64,000 nt of DNA from positions 24,142 through 88,141 of the forward strand of contig JBGUPJ010000036.1 in the NCBI GenBank assembly GCA_045130235.1. Reading direction: 5' to 3'. The stretch is from Bacteroidales bacterium. GTDB lineage: Bacteria > Bacteroidota > Bacteroidia > Bacteroidales > WCHB1-69. Numbering within the stretch: the first letter of the stretch is position 1; each line of letters opens with the position of its first letter. Below are positions 34,333-42,972 of this stretch, one piece after another. A model generated the notes under the pieces. The model ran no database searches. It was not told the origin of the DNA and saw nothing but the letters and a program-made list of their open reading frames with translations. The position numbers and the translations under genes were made by a program.

Positions 34333-36495
34333 ATGAAAAAAATCACCCTCCTTCTCCTTTTGGTTATCGCAATGGGAATGACCGCTGTGGCAGGTCCCGT
34401 GGATTCTACTACGGCCCAAAATGTGGCCCTTAACTTCTGGCGTTCACAAATCAGTTCTACCCGTCAGGATGCAACTGACGTTCAGCTTCGCAATGTGGCA
34501 CCGCAGCTCGGTTTCAGCCAGTTATATCTGATGCAGAACGAGGCGGGCGAAGGCTTTGTCATAGTTGCCGCCGACGACCGCGCCATTCCGGTGTTGGGCT
34601 ATTCTGACCACGGCACGCTCGATGCCGCCACCATGCCCGATAACTTCCGCATGTGGCTGCAGATTTACGAAGAGGAGATCGCTGCCGCCGCACAGGCACA
34701 GCTGCCGCAGAGCGAAGAGGCCGCCACACAGTGGGCCGCCTTGGCCGCCGGCATTTCACTCCCCACAAGAGCCACCACCGCCGTGCAGCCCCTGCTTAGC
34801 ACCACGTGGGACCAGGGAAGTCCGTACAACAGCATGTGTCCGGGTAGCGGCTGGAGCAAGTGCCCCACTGGCTGCGTGGCCACCGCCATGGCGCAGGTGA
34901 TGAAATACTGGTCGTACCCCCAAAAAGGCTGCGGCTCACATTCTTACACATGCACTTCCTATAACAACCAAGTGTTGAGCGCCGACTTCGGCAACACCAC
35001 CTACAACTGGAGCAGTATGCCCAACTCGGTCACCAGCAGCAACACGGCGGTCGCCACCCTCATGTTCCACTGTGGCGTGGCCGTGGAGATGCAGTACACC
35101 ACCTCGGGCTCTGGTGCGCCCACCCTCGACCCCTACGGCAACAACTATCCCAGCGCAGAGGCTGCTTTCAAATGCTACTTCGGCTATGCCAGCACCCTGA
35201 AAGGCAAACGGAAAGATGGATTTGAAGAGAGTGTTTGGATTGACATGCTGAAAGCCGAACTCGACGCTGGCCGCCCGGTCATGTACTCCGGTTTTGACGA
35301 GGATCTCACCGACGGACACGCTTTTGTATGCGATGGCTACAACAACAGCAACTATTTCCACTTCAACTGGGGATGGAGCGGCTCCAACGATGGCTATTTC
35401 GCGGTGTCGTCACTGAACCCTGGCAGCGGCGGATGGGGCAGCAGCCACTATGACTTCACCTACTCACAACAAGCACTTTTCGGCGTGGAACCTCCTCAGC
35501 TGGTCATCAACTCCAACTACTCGCTCACCCCCAACAGCACCACCATCCAGCACGGCTCTCGTCCCACCTTCAGCGTCAACTATAAGAATCGCACCAACAG
35601 TGCTTTCAATGGAGAGGTACAGCTGGTATTGGTGGACAATCATGGTTTAGTGGGACAAATCATCGGACAGACCACTGCGAGTGTGGGCGCGGGCAGCATC
35701 GCCAGCATCTCCTTCACAGATGTCATTACCGCAGTTCCCGGTGACTACCAGTTGGTGTTGCAATATAAAGCCACCGGCGCCTCTGCATGGACGTATGCCG
35801 GCATCGGAACTTCCGCCAACTTATTGGATGTTACGGTGGTGCTTGACCCTGATAACTATGAAAACAACAACACCGCCAGTGCCGCCTACGTATTCACGCC
35901 CAACTTCACCAACAATCAAGCCACCATCAACACCACGGGATCCAATTTCCATGTGGGCGACAGCTACGACCACTATAAAATCAACCTGCCGAGCGGCTAC
36001 AGATATACCGTGAACGTGCGGGCACAAGACGCTGCCGACTGCGACAACAACCAGTATTACACTGCGGATGTCACCTTCAGAATTTCACAGAACGGAGGTT
36101 CTTGGGGAGCCGGTGTCGATACCATTGCCCCGACCTTTGTGCTGGAAGATGGCGGTCCCATCGTGTATAAAGTGCAGCCTAAGAGTTCCGGCTCTATCGG
36201 CACGTATTTGCTCAGTACGCAGATTACCCGTACGCCCAACACCGGCATTAACGACGAAGAGGCTGCCGCCATCAGCGCATTCCCCAACCCCTGCAACAAC
36301 ACCCTGCAGGTGCAGTGCCCGTATGCTGGCGCACAACTGATGCTTTACGATGTCTATGGCAAAATGGTGCTGACGGCGACCGCCGACCACGAGCTGACCA
36401 CCGTGGATATGAGCCAACTCACTGCGGGCATTTACATGCTGAATGTCTGCAAAGATGGTCGTATCGTGAAGAATATCAAGGTGGTACGGCAGTAA
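34333..36495 (+). CDS. C10-family (streptopain/SpeB-like) cysteine peptidase with a T9SS type A C-terminal sorting domain
   Basis: Start trimmed to the signal peptide MKKITLLLLLVIAMGMTAVAG. Catalytic Cys context CPTGCVATAMAQVMKYWSYPQKG is close to SpeB HCVATATAQIMKYH, and the catalytic His sits in DGHAFVCDGY. C-terminal sorting domain reads FPNPCNNTLQV...LTAGIYMLNV...IKVVRQ. Confidence 0.85.
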   Translation: MKKITLLLLLVIAMGMTAVAGPVDSTTAQNVALNFWRSQISSTRQDATDVQLRNVAPQLGFSQLYLMQNEAGEGFVIVAADDRAIPVLGYSDHGTLDAATMPDNFRMWLQIYEEEIAAAAQAQLPQSEEAATQWAALAAGISLPTRATTAVQPLLSTTWDQGSPYNSMCPGSGWSKCPTGCVATAMAQVMKYWSYPQKGCGSHSYTCTSYNNQVLSADFGNTTYNWSSMPNSVTSSNTAVATLMFHCGVAVEMQYTTSGSGAPTLDPYGNNYPSAEAAFKCYFGYASTLKGKRKDGFEESVWIDMLKAELDAGRPVMYSGFDEDLTDGHAFVCDGYNNSNYFHFNWGWSGSNDGYFAVSSLNPGSGGWGSSHYDFTYSQQALFGVEPPQLVINSNYSLTPNSTTIQHGSRPTFSVNYKNRTNSAFNGEVQLVLVDNHGLVGQIIGQTTASVGAGSIASISFTDVITAVPGDYQLVLQYKATGASAWTYAGIGTSANLLDVTVVLDPDNYENNNTASAAYVFTPNFTNNQATINTTGSNFHVGDSYDHYKINLPSGYRYTVNVRAQDAADCDNNQYYTADVTFRISQNGGSWGAGVDTIAPTFVLEDGGPIVYKVQPKSSGSIGTYLLSTQITRTPNTGINDEEAAAISAFPNPCNNTLQVQCPYAGAQLMLYDVYGKMVLTATADHELTTVDMSQLTAGIYMLNVCKDGRIVKNIKVVRQ

Positions 36496-36509
36496 AAGAG
36501 CCGTTTATT

Positions 36510-37517
36510 CTATTCTGGTAACGAAATCAACGAGCAGCCTTCAGAGGTGACGCTCAAGGTGACGGTGCATCCCAACCGGAGGGCGAGGTTGCGCTTGCAA
36601 TGCCCCGCCGGGAAAGCGAAACAGATGGGATAATCGTATTTGCCGCACACATCCAACAGCGCCTCGTTGGTATTCACATCCTTAAAGTATTTGTCCACCT
36701 CGATGCGGGTCATGCCCCCCACGAGAAGACCTTTCAGATTCTTCAGTTTGCCGGCACGGTCGAGGGCCACCAGCATACGATGGATATGGTAGATATCCTC
36801 GTCCACGTCTTCGATGAACAGGATTTTGCCATCGGTATTGATGGAGGATGGTGACTCGAGAAGGGAGTAAAGGAGAGAGAGGTTGCCGCCGACGAGGGTG
36901 GCGGTGACGGTGCCGCAACGGTTTTCGGGAGTGGCATCGAAATCATAACGGAGGGTATCGCCCCGCAAGGCCCCGATGAACGAAATAAAGCTCTCGCTTT
37001 CAGGATCTTTTGACGATGAAGTAGTAGGCATGATGCTGTGAAGCGTAGGGAATCCCAGCGTGTGGAGATGGGCATGAAGGGCGGTAATGTCGCTATAGCC
37101 ACAAATCCATTTGGGGTGCTGACGGAAGGCCGTGAAATCGAGCTGGTCGAGAATATTAACCGCCCCATAGCCGCCTTTCGCACACAAAATGACCTTGATG
37201 GTAGGATCATCGAGCAACTGCTGGAAGCGTTGGGCACGTTGGGCGGATGTTCCGGCGAAACCGTTCCAGTTATCCCACAACCCATCTGGGATGATGACAT
37301 GGTATCCCAGCGACTGCAGCACCTGAACGGCTGGCATCACCTGGGTGGAATCAATTTTGCCGCTCGGTGCAGCAATAGCGATGGTGTCGCCGGGCAGTAG
37401 GCGGGGCATAGATTGTGCAGTAGCACCTGCGGTCATCAACGTCAACAATGCAAACATTATACCTCTTTTAAAATTATAAAAAATTGATTTGTAATATTTT
37501 ATATGGATATTATTCAT
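36510..37517 (-). CDS. S66-family LD-carboxypeptidase (muramoyltetrapeptide carboxypeptidase-like)
   Basis: GDTIAIAAPSG, GYSDITALH and FPAGH motifs are present. The start is uncertain (37517 or Met21 at 37457). A minus-strand TAATTTTG box lies at 37570-37577. Confidence 0.7.
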   Translation of the reverse strand: MNNIHIKYYKSIFYNFKRGIMFALLTLMTAGATAQSMPRLLPGDTIAIAAPSGKIDSTQVMPAVQVLQSLGYHVIIPDGLWDNWNGFAGTSAQRAQRFQQLLDDPTIKVILCAKGGYGAVNILDQLDFTAFRQHPKWICGYSDITALHAHLHTLGFPTLHSIMPTTSSSKDPESESFISFIGALRGDTLRYDFDATPENRCGTVTATLVGGNLSLLYSLLESPSSINTDGKILFIEDVDEDIYHIHRMLVALDRAGKLKNLKGLLVGGMTRIEVDKYFKDVNTNEALLDVCGKYDYPICFAFPAGHCKRNLALRLGCTVTLSVTSEGCSLISLPE

Positions 37518-37590
37518 TTTACAACCAATATAAGGATTGATAAATAGAAAAGAGTACCCTTGGGGCGGGCAAAATTAGAAAAAAATCATG

Positions 37591-37598
37591 TATTTTTG
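37591..37598 (+). promoter_or_regulatory. -7 box TATTTTTG for the OPT transporter gene
   Basis: 25 nt upstream of the ATG at 37623. Confidence 0.5.
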
Positions 37599-37622
37599 CG
37601 CTTCACCAAAAAATAATCTACA

Positions 37623-39638
37623 ATGGCAAATTTTGAGGAAAAGAAAATTGCAGAGGAAGACATCCCGCAGGATGTGAAACTTCCGGAAAATGCGTACCGC
37701 GAGCTGAAAGCTGGCGAGGAGTACAGACCCATTTTGGACCCCAACAAGAAGTATCCCGAGCTAAATGCCTGGACTATCGTGTGGGGTATTATCATGGCGG
37801 TGATCTTTTCGGCGGCTACCGCTTACGCTGGACTGAAATTCGGCCAAGTATTTGAGGCGGCCATCCCCATCTCCATCATCGCGGTCGGTGCGTCGGTCAT
37901 CGCACGGCGCAAAGGAGCCCTGTCGGAGAATGTGCTGATACAGTCTATCGGCGCCAGCTCGGGCGTGGTGGTGGCCGGTGCCATCTTCACCCTGCCCGCC
38001 ATCTACATCATCCAAGCCAAGAATCCTGAAATGGGAATCAACGTGAACTTCTTCCAGATTTTCATCGCATCGCTGGTCGGCGGCTTCCTTGGCATCCTCT
38101 TCCTGATTCCGTTCCGCAAGTATTTCGTTTCCGACATGCATGGCAAATACCCCTTCCCCGAGGCAACTGCCTCCACCGAGATTCTGGTGTCAGGCGCAAA
38201 AGGTGGCAGCCAGCTCAAACTCTTACTTATCAGCGGACTGGTAGGCGGATTATACGACTTCTTCATGTCCACCTTCAAATTCTGGTCAGAGGCCATCTCG
38301 TCTCAAATGACGGGTTGGGGCGAGAAGCTGGCTACCCACTACAAGTTCACCTTCAACATGAGCAGTTCGGCCGTATTATTAGGCACCGGCTACCTGATTG
38401 GCCTCAAGTATGCGGCCATTATCTGCGCAGGTTCATTCCTGTCGTGGTGGGTGATTGTGCCGCTACTCGGGCAGTATGGTGTGACCGCCGACGGCAGCAC
38501 CCTGATGAGCACGATGGCACCTGCTGAAATCTTCTCAAGCCATGTCAAGCTTATTGGCATCGGCGGCATTGCCATGGCGGGCATCCTTGGCGTTATCAAG
38601 TCGGCAGGAGTTATCAAGACTTCTATGGGCACCATCTTCAAGAAAAACAAAGGAGCGACAGCTGAGCAGCAGCAGGTTCTGCGCACCCAGCGCGACATCG
38701 CCATGAAGATCATCCTTTTCGGTTTTCTCGGTCTGGCTGTCGTCATGGCTTTGTTTTTCGCCTTTGGTGGTTTGCACATGAATGTCACCCAAGTGATTGT
38801 TGCCTTGCTCATCGTATTCCTCTTCGCCTTCCTGTTCACCACTGTAGCAGCCACAGCTATTGCCACGGTGGGCAGCAACCCGGTGTCGGGAATGACCCTG
38901 ATGACGCTCATTCTCTCCTCTTTTATTCTGGCTGCAGTAGGCCTGAAGGGACCTATGGGAATGGTCACGGCATTGATTGTGGGCGGAATCGTCTGCTCAG
39001 CGCTGGCCATGGCGGGCGGCTTTATCACCGACTTGAAAATCGGTTACTGGATTGGCACATCGCCCTACAAACAGCAGTCGTTTAAGTTCATCGGCACGCT
39101 GGTGTCGGCCTTGACGGTCGGTGGGGTGATCATGGTGCTGTCGAGAGTTTATGGCTACGATGCCGATAATGGCGGACTGGTGGCTCCGCAGGCCAACGCC
39201 ATGGCCGCCATCGTGCAGCCGCTGATGTCGGGACAAGGCACTCCGTGGATTCTTTATATCGTGGGTGCGGTTCTCGCCCTTATTTTGGATATGATTGGCA
39301 TTCCGGCACTAGCTTTCTCGCTGGGTATGTTCATCCCGCTGGCGCTGAACATCCCGTTGCTCATCGGCGGTGCTATCGCCTGGTTGGTGGGCAGCCGCAG
39401 CAAAGATGAAGAGGTCAACAAGGCCCGTAAGAACAAAGGTACGCTGTTAGCCTCCGGCTTGCTGGCGGGTGCGGCCATCATGGGTGTGGTGAGTGCCATC
39501 CTGAAATTCGCAGGCGTGGACATTGCCACTACGCAGGCTTACGCCAACTCCCCGTGGCCGGGCATTATCGCGGTTGTGATGTACGTGGCGCTGTGCGTCT
39601 ATCTGATTCTGCATTCGCTCCAGCGCGAGAAAGAATAA
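37623..39638 (+). CDS. OPT-family oligopeptide transporter
   Basis: 671 aa with about 16 TM segments. The N-terminal region (PELNAWTIVWGIIMAVIFSAATAYAGLKFG) and overall layout are typical of bacterial OPT proteins. Confidence 0.8.
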   Translation: MANFEEKKIAEEDIPQDVKLPENAYRELKAGEEYRPILDPNKKYPELNAWTIVWGIIMAVIFSAATAYAGLKFGQVFEAAIPISIIAVGASVIARRKGALSENVLIQSIGASSGVVVAGAIFTLPAIYIIQAKNPEMGINVNFFQIFIASLVGGFLGILFLIPFRKYFVSDMHGKYPFPEATASTEILVSGAKGGSQLKLLLISGLVGGLYDFFMSTFKFWSEAISSQMTGWGEKLATHYKFTFNMSSSAVLLGTGYLIGLKYAAIICAGSFLSWWVIVPLLGQYGVTADGSTLMSTMAPAEIFSSHVKLIGIGGIAMAGILGVIKSAGVIKTSMGTIFKKNKGATAEQQQVLRTQRDIAMKIILFGFLGLAVVMALFFAFGGLHMNVTQVIVALLIVFLFAFLFTTVAATAIATVGSNPVSGMTLMTLILSSFILAAVGLKGPMGMVTALIVGGIVCSALAMAGGFITDLKIGYWIGTSPYKQQSFKFIGTLVSALTVGGVIMVLSRVYGYDADNGGLVAPQANAMAAIVQPLMSGQGTPWILYIVGAVLALILDMIGIPALAFSLGMFIPLALNIPLLIGGAIAWLVGSRSKDEEVNKARKNKGTLLASGLLAGAAIMGVVSAILKFAGVDIATTQAYANSPWPGIIAVVMYVALCVYLILHSLQREKE

Positions 39639-39640
39639 CC

Positions 39641-39811
39641 TTAGAAATCCTTCATGTTGTGATCCACACGCAGGTCTTCTTCCAGCTGCCAGAGCTGGAA
39701 GGCGGCCTGGCGTTCCATGTAGGTCAGGATATCGGCCTTCGCGGTGAGGTCGTTGATTTTGCAGATTTCCTCTAAAATCTCGTCGATTCGCACTTTGATA
39801 TTGTTATCCAT
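39641..39811 (-). CDS. small hypothetical protein (56 aa), missed by the ORF track
   Basis: MDNNIKVRIDEILEEICKINDLTAKADILTYMERQAAFQLWQLEEDLRVDHNMKDF*. Third positions are GC-rich. A perfect minus-strand -7 box lies 24 nt upstream. The overlapping plus-strand track ORF 39554-39775 has no such support. Confidence 0.5.
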   Translation of the reverse strand: MDNNIKVRIDEILEEICKINDLTAKADILTYMERQAAFQLWQLEEDLRVDHNMKDF

Positions 39812-39834
39812 GATGTCGTCTTTTTTTGGTGCGG

Positions 39835-39842
39835 CAAAGGTA
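39835..39842 (-). promoter_or_regulatory. -7 box TACCTTTG for the 56-aa ORF
   Basis: Reverse complement of CAAAGGTA, 24 nt upstream of the ATG at 39811. Confidence 0.45.
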
Positions 39843-39888
39843 CGGGATTTTTTTCAAAAAAAATTTCCCACCTCTTCAATTTTAGTTG

Positions 39889-39896
39889 TATTTTTG
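39889..39896 (+). promoter_or_regulatory. -7 box TATTTTTG for glnS
   Basis: 28 nt upstream of the ATG at 39924. Confidence 0.5.
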
Positions 39897-39923
39897 CACT
39901 TCAAATTCTAAAATTATAAGGCA

Positions 39924-41549
39924 ATGAATTTTATTGAAGAAATTATCGAACAAGATTTGGCTAATGGTAAAAATGAATCGAAAGTACACACTCGTTTTCC
40001 TCCCGAACCGAACGGCTATCTCCATATCGGTCACGCCAAGTCGATTTGCTTGAATTTCGGCATTGCCAAGAAATACAACGGATTGTGCAACCTGCGCTTC
40101 GACGACACCAACCCCGTGAAGGAGGATGTGGAGTACGTGGATTCCATCAAGGAGGATATCCAGTGGCTCGGCTTCCAGTGGGCTGAGGAGCACTACGCCT
40201 CCGACTACTTCGACCAGCTCTACGAGTGGGCCGAGCAGCTGATCAAGGAAGGCCTCGCCTATGTGGACGACCAGTCGCAGGAGGAGATCAGCGCGGGACG
40301 CGGCGTGCCCACCCAACCCGGCACCGAAAGTCCGTACCGCAACCGCAGCGTGGAGGAGAACCTCGACCTCTTCCGCCGCATGAAGGCCGGTGAGTTTCCC
40401 GACGGCAGCAAGGTGCTGCGCGCCAAAATCGGCATGACCTCACCCAACATGCACATGCGCGACCCCATCATGTACCGCATCCTGCACAGCCATCACCACC
40501 GCACCGGCGACAAGTGGTGCATCTACCCGATGTACGACTACGCCCACGGCCAGAGCGACTCCATCGAGGGCATCACCCATTCCATCTGCACCTTGGAGTT
40601 TGAGATCCACCGTCCGCTGTACGACTGGTTCTGCGAGGCGCTGAAGATCCACCACCCGCAGCAAATCGAGTTCGCCCGCCTCAACATCAACTACACGGTG
40701 ATGAGCAAGCGCAAGCTGATGCAGCTGGTGCGCGACGGTCATGTGATGGGCTGGGACGATCCGCGTATGCCCACCATCTGCGGTTTGCGCCGCCGCGGCT
40801 ACACCCCCGCCTCGGTGCGCAACTTCGCCGAGACCGTCGGCATTGCCAAGCGCGACAACATCATCGACGTGTCGCTGCTGGAGTTCTGCGCCCGCGAGGA
40901 CCTCAACAAGGTGGCCACCCGCACCATGGCGGTGCTCGACCCCGTGAAGTTGGTTATCGACAACTTCCCGGACGATAAGGTGGAGATGCTCAACGCGGTC
41001 AACAACCCCGAAAATCCGGAGGCGGGTACCCGCGAGGTGCCGTTCACCAAGGAGCTTTGGATCGAGCGGGCCGACTTCCGCGAGGTGGCCGACAAGAAGT
41101 TCTACCGCCTCACCATCGGCGGCGAGGTGCGCCTCAAATACGGCTATATCGTTAAATGCAGCCATGTGGACAAGGATGCCGACGGCAACATCACCGCCAT
41201 CCATGTTACCTACGACCCCGAGACCAGGAGCGGCATGCCGCAGAGCAATCGCAAGGTGAAAGCCACCATCCACTGGGTGTCGGTGGCCCACGCCAAGAAG
41301 GCGGAGGTGCGCCTGTTCGAGCGCCTGTTCACCTCCCCCGATCCCGACGACTGCGAAGAGGGCAAGACCTTCATCGATTACCTCAACCCCAACTCGCTCA
41401 CCATCCAGGACGGCTGGATTGAGGAGGGTCTGACATTGGAGAACGCCGAGAAGCACTACCAGTTCGAGCGCATCGGCTATTTCTGCATCGACAAAGATTC
41501 CACCCCCGACAAGATTGTGTTCAACAAGACGGTGAGTTTGAAACAGTAA
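39924..41549 (+). CDS. glnS: glutamine--tRNA ligase
   Basis: [16 protein letters not shown] (HIGH motif), VMSKRKL (KMSKS motif), and the class I GlxRS core and anticodon-binding domain. Confidence 0.95.
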   Translation: MNFIEEIIEQDLANGKNESKVHTRFPPEPNGYLHIGHAKSICLNFGIAKKYNGLCNLRFDDTNPVKEDVEYVDSIKEDIQWLGFQWAEEHYASDYFDQLYEWAEQLIKEGLAYVDDQSQEEISAGRGVPTQPGTESPYRNRSVEENLDLFRRMKAGEFPDGSKVLRAKIGMTSPNMHMRDPIMYRILHSHHHRTGDKWCIYPMYDYAHGQSDSIEGITHSICTLEFEIHRPLYDWFCEALKIHHPQQIEFARLNINYTVMSKRKLMQLVRDGHVMGWDDPRMPTICGLRRRGYTPASVRNFAETVGIAKRDNIIDVSLLEFCAREDLNKVATRTMAVLDPVKLVIDNFPDDKVEMLNAVNNPENPEAGTREVPFTKELWIERADFREVADKKFYRLTIGGEVRLKYGYIVKCSHVDKDADGNITAIHVTYDPETRSGMPQSNRKVKATIHWVSVAHAKKAEVRLFERLFTSPDPDDCEEGKTFIDYLNPNSLTIQDGWIEEGLTLENAEKHYQFERIGYFCIDKDSTPDKIVFNKTVSLKQ

Positions 41550-41762
41550 TTGAAAACTGAGAATTGAAAACTGAGAATTGAAAACTGAAAGGTGGTGGAT
41601 TTTCTCGGATTTTCAGTACCTTTGCACGTGGAAATTGGAGGAGGGGATGAAAAGATGAAAAGATGAAAAGATGAAGGGATGAAATGTGTGGGTGTAGAGA
41701 CGTTGCGCGCAACGTCTCTACCTTCAACAAATAAACAAATCAACGAATCAACACCCCAAACC
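41550..41762 (+). repeat. modular intergenic element A (archetype)
   Basis: (TTGAAAACTGAGAA)x3 heptad pairs run from 41550 to ~41591. The -7 box TACCTTTG is at 41617-41624. GATGAAAA octamers place ATGs at 41647, 41655, 41663, 41671 and 41679. A perfect 28-bp palindrome GTAGAGACGTTGCGCGCAACGTCTCTAC lies at 41694-41721. The CAACAAATAAACAAATCAACGAATCAAC leader follows. About 200 bp is homologous to 45164-45390. Confidence 0.9.
41617..41624 (+). promoter_or_regulatory. -7 box TACCTTTG embedded in element A
   Basis: TAnnTTTG match. The predicted ~130-nt leader would contain the ATG octamers, the palindrome and the CAACAAAT repeats. Confidence 0.4.
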
Positions 41763-42809
41763 ATGAAAACAAGAAAAATTTACCAACCCTTATTTCTCCT
41801 CGCGCTGCTGGTAGCGGCGGGGGGATTCGGACAGCAGGCGAAGGCGCAGGAGGACAGTTACCATCCTTTCGCCGACAACGCAGTATGGTCAAACAAGAAC
41901 ATTAAGTATGCCACTTCTGGGGATACTACCATTTGTGGGAAAAATTACCTGAAGGTGTACCGGCAGAAAGAAGACCATCCTTTTGACTTTGATGTGGAAC
42001 AGGCCGAATATTTCTGCGCCATCCGCAACGACACCGCTGCACAAAGGGTATATGGGGTGTACCGGAATCCATTAATTGTATATAAGTATGTTTCAAGCAC
42101 ATATCCATTTTATGCCATTGTGGATACCACATCTGACTCCACTGAATTTCTCTTGTATGATTTCAGTCTGACCGCAGATGACACGGTGGAGGTTGCCTCC
42201 TTCGAGGAATATTTCTACGAATACGATGCGCCAGGAATATATGTGTATGAGGTTTCTCTCCACCAGCAGGCTTCGTTTGTCACCCTCAGCGACAGCAGTA
42301 CAAGAAAGGTATTGGAAGTGGAACTCCTCCATTGGATTTCACCAGATTCATACGTTGACAACATATTGGAGTGGGTGGAACAGATTGGAAATACGGAAGG
42401 CACCTTCACGGTTGGGAAAGGCTGGTTGGAAGGAATATACGAAGGCCCGCACCTGACCTTGTTATGCTATGAGCAGGATGGGGAGCTGCTGTTCTCAAGA
42501 CCATGGGTGGACGCGGACTTGAACTATGACTGTTTCAATAACTCAGGCATAGAAGATGAAGACTTTTTTGCCGGCAATATCTATCCGAATCCCACGAGCG
42601 GAAAGGTCACCATCTCTCTGCCGGAACCGTGGGGAGAAAGAGTTTCGCAAGTTGCTGTTTACAATGCCAATGGGCAGCGGGTGCTTGCAAGGTCTTTTGA
42701 AACACAGCAATTAGAAATCAATCTGCATGACCTTCCCAACGGCATGTATATCATGCAAATCATTGGTGACAACAAGCGGGCTATCAGTAAGAAAATAATT
42801 AAACAGTAG
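41763..42809 (+). CDS. secreted protein with a T9SS type A C-terminal sorting domain (cargo 1 of 3)
   Basis: Start trimmed to the signal peptide MKTRKIYQPLFLLALLVAAGGFGQQAKAQ. C-terminus reads IYPNPTSGKVTISL...VYNANGQRV...LPNGMYIMQI...KKIIKQ. Confidence 0.8.
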   Translation: MKTRKIYQPLFLLALLVAAGGFGQQAKAQEDSYHPFADNAVWSNKNIKYATSGDTTICGKNYLKVYRQKEDHPFDFDVEQAEYFCAIRNDTAAQRVYGVYRNPLIVYKYVSSTYPFYAIVDTTSDSTEFLLYDFSLTADDTVEVASFEEYFYEYDAPGIYVYEVSLHQQASFVTLSDSSTRKVLEVELLHWISPDSYVDNILEWVEQIGNTEGTFTVGKGWLEGIYEGPHLTLLCYEQDGELLFSRPWVDADLNYDCFNNSGIEDEDFFAGNIYPNPTSGKVTISLPEPWGERVSQVAVYNANGQRVLARSFETQQLEINLHDLPNGMYIMQIIGDNKRAISKKIIKQ

Positions 42810-42972
42810 ATGGTTATGAGCTGAAATTTGAAAACGGAAAATTGAAAATTGAGAGGTTGGATTATTCATGGGAATTGTATTACATTTGCTGGCGAAAAAC
42901 GTACGGGCGAATAATGATTCGCCCCTCCAACCAAACAAATCAACAAATAAACAAATCAACAACCATACCACC
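42810..42972 (+). repeat. modular intergenic element C
   Basis: Heptads CTGAAAT TTGAAAA CGGAAAA TTGAAAA TTGAGAG. The -7 box TACATTTG is at 42881-42888. The hairpin GGGCGAAT-AATG-ATTCGCCC is at 42905-42924. The leader is CAAACAAATCAACAAATAAACAAATCAACAACC. Confidence 0.85.

Noticed and set aside
39554-39775. Plus-strand 73-aa track ORF downstream of the OPT transporter.
   Set aside because: It overlaps the OPT 3' end out of frame and has no promoter. It is the antisense shadow of the better-supported 56-codon minus-strand ORF (39641-39811).
41679-41762. In-frame upstream ATGs (41679, 42868, 12736) as genuine longer protein isoforms.
   Set aside because: The extension would bury a canonical N-terminal signal peptide, or the conserved RidA N-terminus, behind 28-65 low-complexity residues encoded by repeat DNA. 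Two of the three frames of the CAACAAAT repeat are open anyway, so in-frame continuity is weak evidence.
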